Source of the DNA: a virus
Lineage: Duplodnaviria > Caudoviricetes
DNA: 26,316 nt
IMG/VR virus record: IMGVR_UViG_3300009161_000197
Location: 1 to 26,316 of that record
Direction: 5' to 3' (one strand)
Part shown: positions 7,597 through 15,730 of the stretch, in pieces
How positions within the stretch are numbered: position 1 is the stretch's first letter
Layout of the letters: each line of letters starts with the position of its first letter
The notes under the pieces: generated by a model
Databases searched by the model: none
What the model was told of the DNA's origin: nothing
The model's input: only the letters and a program-made list of their open reading frames with translations
Translations under genes and position numbers: made by a program

Positions 7597-9966
7597 ATGG
7601 ATAGATTAGTAGTTAATAATACGGAATTAGATTTAAACGATAGAGTACCATTCCCTTTAAACTTTTCCATAGCAGATAGTAAAGAACCAAATAAGCGCAA
7701 AAGGAATTACTCGAAAGAGGTTGTTATTCCCGGCACGTCTTCAAACATGGCTTTCTTTAGTTCAGCTTATCAATTAGCTTTATCTACAGTTGACAATACT
7801 ACTTTAATCGGTTTTAACTTTGACCCAACGGTAAGAGTAAAAGCAAAGTATTATAAAGAGGGTTTACTTGTCTTTAACGGGTTATTAAGATTGAACCAAG
7901 TTACTATATCAAATGGTGACTATTCGTTTAAGTGTACACTATTCTCAAACTTTATTGATTTATTCATGAAGTTAGGAGATAAAAAGATAAGCGAGTTAGG
8001 TTGGTCTGAATATAACCATTTATTAAATAGAACAAACGTAATAAACTCATTTGCGACTTCGGTAAAAGTGGAAGGAGTAGATACGGTTAATTTTACAGCG
8101 GGGTTGCCAGATGGTTTTGGTTACCATTACGGATTAGTTGAATACGGTTACACAGCTTATTCGACAAGGTCAACAACTGATATTATACCTTTGACTTATG
8201 CGCGTGAAATCTTTACAAAATGTTTAGAGGTTGCTAACTTAACGCATGAGTCTGATTACTTAGATTCTGCAATATACAAAAAGAAACTTGTAGGTTTTGG
8301 GGGCGGTCAAAAAATATCTTTACCATCTACGGAGGTTGCAAATAGACGCGTTAAATTTACAAGCACTTTAAGCAATGTCAAAGAATATGTTTACATAGCT
8401 GTAGACCCTGACAATGCAAATAGATATAGATACTTGGCTAATAATTGGATTGATATGTTAGCAACGTGGGACGGTATAACATCAACTTTAGTACATGATA
8501 ATTTTGATCAATACTATATAGACCACACAAATACAGCAGCAGGATATTACAATTATATAACTATAAAGAAACAAGGTTTATATAATCTAAATATATCACA
8601 CCCTATAGAAGTAGCTTTTGATTTTGGAGCTATGAGTAACGCTGGCGGTATATTTAATGTTAAGTGGGAAGTTTTAAAAAATGGCGCGGTTATAGATTCT
8701 CAATTAGTTGAAGAGGGTGATATTAGTACAACTTACGCAAATACATTTACCTATAATAGCAATATTCAATTAAATGTTGGCGATGTTATTACTATGAGGT
8801 TTCAAGTTTATGTAGATTATAAGCTAGACGTCACAATGTTTTCAGGAGTAGAACCATTACAGATAACTATAACTTCTAGTGCTAACTTTATTACGGATTT
8901 AACAAGCGTACAAGCTACATTACAAGATGGCGACATAGTAGATATTAGTAGATTCATGCCAGATATGAAAGCTAGTACATTCTTTGAAGCTGAAATGTTA
9001 ATGGCTAACCTTTATTTTAGTGACCCTGACATCTACGGAGTGATTAAAATAGAACCTTTAAACGATTTTTACCAACCTACAACCGAATTTTGGGACATTA
9101 CAGATATAGTTGACCATTCAAAAGATATTAATATAATGCCATCTAGTAAAATTGAGGGTAAAATATACAAATATCAATGGATGAAAGACCAAGACTATGA
9201 CAATAAAAAGTATTTCGGTTACTTCGGTATAGACTACGGTAATCATTGGTACACAGTTCCGTCTACGTTTCAAGTAGGTGAGCGAGTTTATCAATTACCA
9301 TACGCTCAAACAGTACCTACAGATGCTATATTTCCATTCGTTGCACCTAGAATTATAGATGTTGACATACAAACGGGAATAGTAAAGCCATTTAAAGGTA
9401 AACCTAGAACGTATTTATGGAATGGTTTAAAAAGTGGCTCATGGAGGTTAACAGATACCAATACGGCTACCTATTCAGATTTAACAACTTACCCTAGTGT
9501 ACATCATTTTGATAATTGGGAAAGTCCAAACTTTGATTTAAATTGGGGTATGCCTATACTATTTGATTACGCAGCCACTTCGGTAACAAGTGACAATCTA
9601 TTCACTAGATATCATGAAAGGTTTGTTAAGGAAATGACAGGACGTGATAGTAAGATAGTAGAACTTTATGCAAAGATAAGCGTTAACGATATTAATAGCT
9701 TAGACTTTAGTAAATCTGTAATGTGGAACGGAGTACTTTATAGGCTTAATCAAATAACGGATTTTGATAGTAATATATCTGAATCTACAAAAATAGAATT
9801 AATAAAAATAATACAAGCCAACAACCCCGTAAGTGGTACTATAACATGGACGGAAATATCTACTATAGATGCTGAGTTTTCACCATCAGATACGGGTACA
9901 GATGTGGGTGTTGGCTTTGGAGGGGTTGAGGACATATTAACTTACAGTGATATATTTTTTGGATAA
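7597..9966 (+). CDS. Tail tip/hub protein (probable)
   Basis: 789 aa; N-terminal ELDL...LNFSIAD...KRNYSKEVVIPGT and C-terminal YRLNQITD...TKIELIK typical of Bacteroidota phage tail-tip proteins. Confidence 0.7.
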   Translation: MDRLVVNNTELDLNDRVPFPLNFSIADSKEPNKRKRNYSKEVVIPGTSSNMAFFSSAYQLALSTVDNTTLIGFNFDPTVRVKAKYYKEGLLVFNGLLRLNQVTISNGDYSFKCTLFSNFIDLFMKLGDKKISELGWSEYNHLLNRTNVINSFATSVKVEGVDTVNFTAGLPDGFGYHYGLVEYGYTAYSTRSTTDIIPLTYAREIFTKCLEVANLTHESDYLDSAIYKKKLVGFGGGQKISLPSTEVANRRVKFTSTLSNVKEYVYIAVDPDNANRYRYLANNWIDMLATWDGITSTLVHDNFDQYYIDHTNTAAGYYNYITIKKQGLYNLNISHPIEVAFDFGAMSNAGGIFNVKWEVLKNGAVIDSQLVEEGDISTTYANTFTYNSNIQLNVGDVITMRFQVYVDYKLDVTMFSGVEPLQITITSSANFITDLTSVQATLQDGDIVDISRFMPDMKASTFFEAEMLMANLYFSDPDIYGVIKIEPLNDFYQPTTEFWDITDIVDHSKDINIMPSSKIEGKIYKYQWMKDQDYDNKKYFGYFGIDYGNHWYTVPSTFQVGERVYQLPYAQTVPTDAIFPFVAPRIIDVDIQTGIVKPFKGKPRTYLWNGLKSGSWRLTDTNTATYSDLTTYPSVHHFDNWESPNFDLNWGMPILFDYAATSVTSDNLFTRYHERFVKEMTGRDSKIVELYAKISVNDINSLDFSKSVMWNGVLYRLNQITDFDSNISESTKIELIKIIQANNPVSGTITWTEISTIDAEFSPSDTGTDVGVGFGGVEDILTYSDIFFG

Positions 9967-10460
9967 TGGACATTAAAAGAAGACAAGTAATTAAAAGAAG
10001 TACAGGAGTTGCGACAGTTCCTGTAAGTGGTGACCATAGAAATGGCGACTGGATAGTGACCGATATCTACGAAGGTGAGTTGATGCAAGACATTACCACG
10101 GGTTTATTATACACACGTTTAGGAAATGATATACTAGACGCTAACGGAAAGCCTTTAGTGAAAAATTACCGTGCTTTAATATCACAAGTAAGCACAAGCG
10201 CGCCAAGTGTAATAGAGTTTGAAAACACTATAGGAGCAATTGTATGGACTAGAATTTCAGCGGGTAAATATATGGGTACACTAGCAGCAGCTTTTACAAT
10301 AAACAAAGTAGAATGTTATTGCGGTACTCCAATGGTTACTGATAGGGTTTACAACTTCTATAGAAAGTCAGCAAATGTTATTGAATTATACACTTATGAG
10401 GGTGGTGTGTTAACCGATGCAATTATAGATAATTTATCAATTAAAATAACTATTAACTAA
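9966..10460 (+). CDS. Minor structural protein (tail-associated)
   Basis: 164 aa, translationally coupled on both sides; DIYEGEL..D...GLLY and WTRISAGKY motifs reminiscent of fibre/tail domains. Confidence 0.5.
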   Translation: MDIKRRQVIKRSTGVATVPVSGDHRNGDWIVTDIYEGELMQDITTGLLYTRLGNDILDANGKPLVKNYRALISQVSTSAPSVIEFENTIGAIVWTRISAGKYMGTLAAAFTINKVECYCGTPMVTDRVYNFYRKSANVIELYTYEGGVLTDAIIDNLSIKITIN

Positions 10461-12595
10461 TGGCTGAAGAAATAGTATTTAAGACCACAGTCGACACTGG
10501 TAATAGTGTTTCTGCAATTAACAACGTAGACAAAGCGTTAAAAGAAGTTAACTCAACGGTAAAGGTTGCTACTACTGACTCAGCAAAAGCATTTGAGGAA
10601 CTGAATAGAAAAGTTGAGAGTGGTGAGTTATCTATAAAGCAACTTGCTAGAGCTGTTAAGGAATACGCTACTATTGCAATAATGGCTGGAGAGGACAGTC
10701 CTATAGGTCAAGAAGCTATAAAAAAGGCAGGTCAATTAAAGGATAGACTTGGAGATTTACAAACTACTATTAATGCGGCTGCTAATGATGGTCGTAACAT
10801 GCAAACTGCTATACAAGTAGGTTCAGGGGTTGCTGCTGGTTATGCAGTTGCTCAAGGTGCTATGGCTTTGTTTGGGAATGAGAATAAAGACCTACAAAAA
10901 ACATTAGTTAAACTACAAGCTATTCAAGCTGTTTTAGCAGGACTTGAACAAATACGCGCTACCCTTGAAAAGGAAAGTTTAGTAAGGTTAAAAGCTACTC
11001 AAATATGGAATAAGATAAAGATTGCTAGTGAGTACGCTTACACAACTGCAATCGGTACAAGTACGGGAGCTTTACGTGTAGCTCGTATAGCAATGTTAGC
11101 TTTGCCAATAGTTGCTATTATTGCTGGTATAGTTGCAGTAGCTGCAGCTATGGGAGCGTTTAGTAGTTCAACAGCTGATGCTGCAGAAAAACAAGCTGCA
11201 TTAAATCAACATGAAAAAAGAGGTTTAGAAATTGCCCTTCAAGTTATAGCTCAGTCTGAAAAAATAAGAGCAAATAAACAAGGGGGTGTTAACATGATTC
11301 AAAAAGAAATTGACATTCTAAAAGCTAAAGGAGCTACAGACCAAGAGGTGTTTCTTAAAGAGCAAGAGTTAGCAAATGCAAGAATACAGAATTTAAAAAT
11401 AAAAGGTTTATCACTAGATCAAAATAATAAATACGAAAGAACGGAAGCGTGGAGAACAGTCTTTGAAATAAAACAAGCTCAACATGAAAAACTAGTATTA
11501 GAAACTGCTAATGATAAAGCAATTGCAGACGCTAAAAAAACAAGTTCCGATGAAGCTAAAAAGAAACGTGATGAAAGAAACAAAGAACACATTCAACAAG
11601 AACGTGAAAGGTTGTTAAATCTTAAGAAGCTGGAGAATGATTTTTTAATGGAGATTGAACAAGCAGAAACTGAATACTTTGACTCTTTATTAAATCAAAG
11701 ACAAAAAGACACCCAAGATGTTAATGATTATTATTTTAATTTAATTTCACAAGCTGAAAAAAACGGACAAGACACTACAGTACTGAAGCAAGCACAATCG
11801 CAAAAATTATATCTAATAAACAAAGAGTTTACAGACAAAGAAACTGAAGACCGAAAAAATGCTTTAGATATACAAGCACAAGCTGAAGAAGATTTTTATA
11901 CAACTTATCAGGAAACTATTAATACTTCTGCACAAAACGAAATAAATTCAATAAATGATAAATACTTTTTACTTATTGCAACAGCCGAACAATACGGACT
12001 TGATACTGTAGAACTAGAAAAGAAAAGACAAGCTGAATTAGATAAAGTAGAGGAGGACGCTACAGTTAAAAAGATAGACAACGCTAAAAAGATAGCTGAT
12101 GCTACAATGACGTCTTTAAATGCTTTAAACGATTTACAAAACCAATTAGATTCTAATAAATTAAAAAATCAAAACTTAACAGAAGCGCAAATATTAGAAA
12201 TTAAAAAGAAAGCGTTTAATAGAGACAAGGCTTTAAAGATTGCTAGTGTTTCTATAAACACAGCAGAGGCTATAAGTAAATCCGTTGCTGCAAGTCCATT
12301 AACATTTGGAGCGCCTTTCTCTGTATTCTCTGCAGTTACGGGAATAGCACAAATAGCAGCAATAGCAAGCACTAAGTTTGATGGAGGTAGCGGTAATATT
12401 GCACCGCCACCAGCTCCAAGTAATGACGCTCAAGGCGGTGGTGGTGGTTTTGGTTCTGGTTCTACTAGTCAAGTTAGTAGTGTTGGACTTACAGATAATG
12501 CGACAGGAATAAAGGTAACCGTTGTAGATTCTGAAATTAAAGCCGTTATGGATGCCTCGGCTGCAGCTAGTGCCTTGTCTACTTTTGGAGGTTAG
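10460..12595 (+). CDS. Tape measure protein (probable)
   Basis: 711 aa, Ala/Lys/Glu/Gln-rich coiled coils with hydrophobic Ala/Gly-rich segments and a Gly/Ser-rich C-terminus. Confidence 0.75.
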   Translation: MAEEIVFKTTVDTGNSVSAINNVDKALKEVNSTVKVATTDSAKAFEELNRKVESGELSIKQLARAVKEYATIAIMAGEDSPIGQEAIKKAGQLKDRLGDLQTTINAAANDGRNMQTAIQVGSGVAAGYAVAQGAMALFGNENKDLQKTLVKLQAIQAVLAGLEQIRATLEKESLVRLKATQIWNKIKIASEYAYTTAIGTSTGALRVARIAMLALPIVAIIAGIVAVAAAMGAFSSSTADAAEKQAALNQHEKRGLEIALQVIAQSEKIRANKQGGVNMIQKEIDILKAKGATDQEVFLKEQELANARIQNLKIKGLSLDQNNKYERTEAWRTVFEIKQAQHEKLVLETANDKAIADAKKTSSDEAKKKRDERNKEHIQQERERLLNLKKLENDFLMEIEQAETEYFDSLLNQRQKDTQDVNDYYFNLISQAEKNGQDTTVLKQAQSQKLYLINKEFTDKETEDRKNALDIQAQAEEDFYTTYQETINTSAQNEINSINDKYFLLIATAEQYGLDTVELEKKRQAELDKVEEDATVKKIDNAKKIADATMTSLNALNDLQNQLDSNKLKNQNLTEAQILEIKKKAFNRDKALKIASVSINTAEAISKSVAASPLTFGAPFSVFSAVTGIAQIAAIASTKFDGGSGNIAPPPAPSNDAQGGGGGFGSGSTSQVSSVGLTDNATGIKVTVVDSEIKAVMDASAAASALSTFGG

Positions 12596-12604
12596 TGTAA
12601 ACAC

Positions 12605-12625
12605 TATTTAGAATTAATCTAAATA
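12605..12625 (+). promoter_or_regulatory. 21-bp palindromic operator-like site, copy 1 (TATTTAGA-ATTAA-TCTAAATA)
   Basis: Perfect 8-bp inverted arms with 5-nt spacer, upstream of the head operon; near-identical copies at 15296 and 23375. Confidence 0.7.
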
Positions 12626-12652
12626 AAATGTAAATAATTCAATTTTAATTAA

Positions 12653-12660
12653 TAACTTTA
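12653..12660 (+). promoter_or_regulatory. Variant -7 element (TAACTTTA) 4 nt before ATG 12665
   Basis: One mismatch to TAnnTTTG; same 4-nt spacing to ATG as at 15329 and 19232. Confidence 0.45.
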
Positions 12661-12664
12661 TATC

Positions 12665-13741
12665 ATGTTACCAATATACAAGCTTACAATTAACGATAAT
12701 GACGAGACGGGCGTAGACTATAACGCGTTTGTTGACACGCCTGCCCACCTAAAAGCGTTTATTGCTTTTGATAAATCTATGCCTTATAAGTTTAAAGAAG
12801 AGCAAAGAATTGTAACGGGTGTTATGATGAGCGCAAATACTTTGATATACCGAAACAGTCCAGATATTGGAGAACATCAAGTTTTCTTTGACGTTGCTAC
12901 TATTAAGCAAATTGTTTTAAAGTTTTTTAAGAACAGTTTTGGAAACAATGTAAATAAGATGCACAATGAAAACGATAAAGTAAACGGTGCTATAATGCTA
13001 GAAAGTTTCTTTATTGATTCAAAGCGTGGTATTAACGCGCCTATTGAATTTAGTAAACAAAATCTACAAGACGGTACTTGGATAGCGTCTTACAAAGTAG
13101 AGAATGACCAACTATGGAACGAAGTAAAAAGCGGGAAGTTTCAAGGTTTTAGCGTCGAAGGAATATTTGACAGAATACAAGTAAATATAAAAACAAATAA
13201 TAAACAAAAGATGAACAAAAAAGAAGTAAGTGGAAAGTCACTTTTCAATTTGATCTTTGGAAAAAGCAAGTTTGAAGATGTGCCAGTTACAGAAGAAACA
13301 GTTTCATCATTTGCGGAGGTTACATCAATAGACGGCACGGTGCTGGCTTATGAGGGTGAACTAGCAATTGATGCGCCTATCTTCGTGATTGATGAGAATG
13401 GCGACAAGTTGCCAGCTCCAGCGTTAGACTATCAATGTGAAATTGATGGTAAAGTATTAATTATTTCAGTTAATGAAAGTGGTTTAATTTCTGCTATTGA
13501 AGACGTTATCGTTGAAGATGCTGAGATGAGCGCTGAGATTAAAGACTCAATCCTTGCAGAAGTTGCTGAAGTAATGAAAAGTACTTTAGAAGCTACGTTT
13601 GCTAAGATTGAAGAATTGACTTCAGAACTTAAAAAACTTAAAGAAGAGAAAGTGAGCAAGTTTCAAAGTGAAGCTAAAACGGGAGTTAAAGAAGTTGCTA
13701 AAATGACAGCAAACGAAATCCTAAAAAATATTAAAAACTAA
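12665..13741 (+). CDS. Prohead protease (XkdF-like) fused to scaffolding protein
   Basis: FVDTPA, EQRIVTGVMM, NKMH, GTWIASYKVEN..LWNEVKSGKFQGFSVEG motifs; acidic then coiled-coil C-terminal half; precedes capsid gene. Confidence 0.85.
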   Translation: MLPIYKLTINDNDETGVDYNAFVDTPAHLKAFIAFDKSMPYKFKEEQRIVTGVMMSANTLIYRNSPDIGEHQVFFDVATIKQIVLKFFKNSFGNNVNKMHNENDKVNGAIMLESFFIDSKRGINAPIEFSKQNLQDGTWIASYKVENDQLWNEVKSGKFQGFSVEGIFDRIQVNIKTNNKQKMNKKEVSGKSLFNLIFGKSKFEDVPVTEETVSSFAEVTSIDGTVLAYEGELAIDAPIFVIDENGDKLPAPALDYQCEIDGKVLIISVNESGLISAIEDVIVEDAEMSAEIKDSILAEVAEVMKSTLEATFAKIEELTSELKKLKEEKVSKFQSEAKTGVKEVAKMTANEILKNIKN

Positions 13742-13759
13742 ATTTAAAAATAAATAAAG

Positions 13760-14746
13760 ATGAATAAAATTGGTAAATTGGGTAAAGCCCTTAAAGAAAA
13801 ATTTGATTACGATGTAGCTGGATTACCAGCATGGACTGACAACACAATGCCTGTAGTAATTACAGACTTGATTAATAACTCTGAGTTCTTGAACTCTTTG
13901 ACTTTAGAGTCAGATGTTAAAGGCACGAAAGAGATTGCTTTGCTTAATGCAGACGTAACACTTCAAGCTAAAGTTGCTTGTACTCCTTCACCTGATGGTT
14001 CTGTTATCTTTACAAAAGCTAATCTTACAACTGTACCTTTATACATGGGTATCGAGTTTTGTAATGAAGACTTGAACGGTAAGATGACACAAATCTTAAA
14101 CAAGTTAGGTTTGAAAATGCAAGACGGACAATTGCCAGCTGACCTTGAAACTGTTTTAGGTGCTTACCTTGGTAAATTGTTACAACGTAAAGCTCAGTTA
14201 GTAGTTGTTTCTGGTGATACTTCTTCAATCGACCCTGAATTAGTTTTGATGAATGGTTTACGTCACATCTTAGTTAATGATGCAGATGTATTAACTTACA
14301 ATGCGCCTGATGCTACAATGACATCTACAAACGCTTATGACCAATTTCTAGGAGTACATGATAAAATACCTACTGAACTCTTTGATAACGAAATGACTAT
14401 CAAATTATACACAGGACGTACTGAAGCTAGAAAAGCAATTACTGCTTGGAACACTGCTAATCAATATGATCACGTAGTTGTTACTAATACTAAATCTAGT
14501 GTTTCTTTTATCCTTCCGGGTACTAACGTTGAAGTTGTTACTTTACCAGAATTAGATGGTAAATCTGAAATTTACGCTATTCCTTTAGATTTAACTTTCT
14601 TAGGTGTTGACTCTTTAGACGATATGAACTTTGAAGTTAAATATAACGCTTATGACGATAAATTGAAAGCTGAAGCTTCTTTTAGATTAGGTACTCAAAT
14701 TGTTTGGGGTCAATACTTTGTTAGACTTCATTTGTTAAACTCTTAA
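13760..14746 (+). CDS. Major capsid protein
   Basis: 328 aa after protease/scaffold; high-expression codon bias (GCT/ACT/GTT/TCT); size and pattern consistent with an HK97 fold. Confidence 0.85.
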   Translation: MNKIGKLGKALKEKFDYDVAGLPAWTDNTMPVVITDLINNSEFLNSLTLESDVKGTKEIALLNADVTLQAKVACTPSPDGSVIFTKANLTTVPLYMGIEFCNEDLNGKMTQILNKLGLKMQDGQLPADLETVLGAYLGKLLQRKAQLVVVSGDTSSIDPELVLMNGLRHILVNDADVLTYNAPDATMTSTNAYDQFLGVHDKIPTELFDNEMTIKLYTGRTEARKAITAWNTANQYDHVVVTNTKSSVSFILPGTNVEVVTLPELDGKSEIYAIPLDLTFLGVDSLDDMNFEVKYNAYDDKLKAEASFRLGTQIVWGQYFVRLHLLNS

Positions 14747-14758
14747 TATTACTGAATT

Positions 14759-15268
14759 ATGTGTGAAATCCTAGAAGGAAAGAACGCAGTATGTGATAGC
14801 GTAGGCGGTGTAAAAGCCATCTACGCTTGGAATACTGCAGACGCTACAATCACAAAGGCAAATGGTACTATTTCAGCTTTGGCTTTGTCTGCTGGTAAAT
14901 ATATCCACAAGTTTTTTGTTGAAATGGAGACGTCTAAATTTACAGCTACGAAAATCGGAGATAGAAAGAACCAATCTGTTGCATACGAGCAAACAGGAAC
15001 TATGATGTTGAGCGGTAATACTGCAACTGATATTGTAAACCTTGAAGCTTTAGAAATTGCTAGAACTACTTTCGCTGTAGAATTGAACGATGGTACTTAC
15101 GAAGTATTCTATGAAACTAACGGAGCGAGTGTGTCAGGTGTTAGAGATTCTGGACAAGCTTATGAAGATGCAAACGGTAACGTTTTAACTTTATCTGGTA
15201 AAGAAAAGAATAGACCTAATAAAATTGCTGCAGGATTAATTACAGCATTGTTAGACCCTGTTTCTTAA
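14759..15268 (+). CDS. Major tail (tube) protein (probable)
   Basis: 169 aa, MC...CDSVGGVKAIY N-terminus and SG.A..D.NG..LTLSG.E C-terminus; high-expression codons; followed by a terminator. Confidence 0.7.
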   Translation: MCEILEGKNAVCDSVGGVKAIYAWNTADATITKANGTISALALSAGKYIHKFFVEMETSKFTATKIGDRKNQSVAYEQTGTMMLSGNTATDIVNLEALEIARTTFAVELNDGTYEVFYETNGASVSGVRDSGQAYEDANGNVLTLSGKEKNRPNKIAAGLITALLDPVS

Positions 15269-15288
15269 TTAGAAATAATAAATTAATT

Positions 15289-15327
15289 AAAACCTTATTG
15301 AGAATTAATCTTAATAAGGTTTTTTTT
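15289..15327 (+). terminator. Rho-independent terminator whose core is copy 2 of the 21-bp palindrome
   Basis: AAAACCTTATTGAGA-ATTAA-TCTTAATAAGGTTTT stem (one G-U) running into a T8 tract. Confidence 0.85.
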
Positions 15328-15328
15328 G

Positions 15329-15336
15329 TATCTTTG
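15329..15336 (+). promoter_or_regulatory. -7 element (TATCTTTG) 4 nt before ATG 15341
   Basis: Exact TAnnTTTG immediately after the terminator, where re-initiation is needed. Confidence 0.65.
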
Positions 15337-15340
15337 AACT

Positions 15341-15730
15341 ATGACAATTTTAATAACGAAATCTAGTTTAAACATTATAGCTTTGACATTGTCAGAACTT
15401 GAGGACCAAACACTAGATATTAATTGGCTTTTTAGATTTACTAAAGACGAAGGTAGGCAAGAAATATTTTGCTATTTAAATGATTTAAACGAGTCGACAG
15501 CACGTTATAATTTGTTTAATTTATTGGAAGGTGTAGATGCTACATTCACGAAGTTAGGAGATTATACGTATAGAGTTTATCAAATGCCTGACGGTGGCTC
15601 TTTAGATTATTCCTTAGGTATTCAATGCGAGATAGGTAAAGTAAGAGTTATAGATAACATTATAGTAGTGCCAGCAAGCTTTGAGCCTACGTTAACATCA
15701 AACATTTATGGAGGAGAAACAAACAGCTAG
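15341..15730 (+). CDS. Structural protein (possible head completion/stopper)
   Basis: 129 aa beta-rich (RYNLF, GDYTYRVYQ, EIGKVRV) directly upstream of portal. Confidence 0.5.
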   Translation: MTILITKSSLNIIALTLSELEDQTLDINWLFRFTKDEGRQEIFCYLNDLNESTARYNLFNLLEGVDATFTKLGDYTYRVYQMPDGGSLDYSLGIQCEIGKVRVIDNIIVVPASFEPTLTSNIYGGETNS

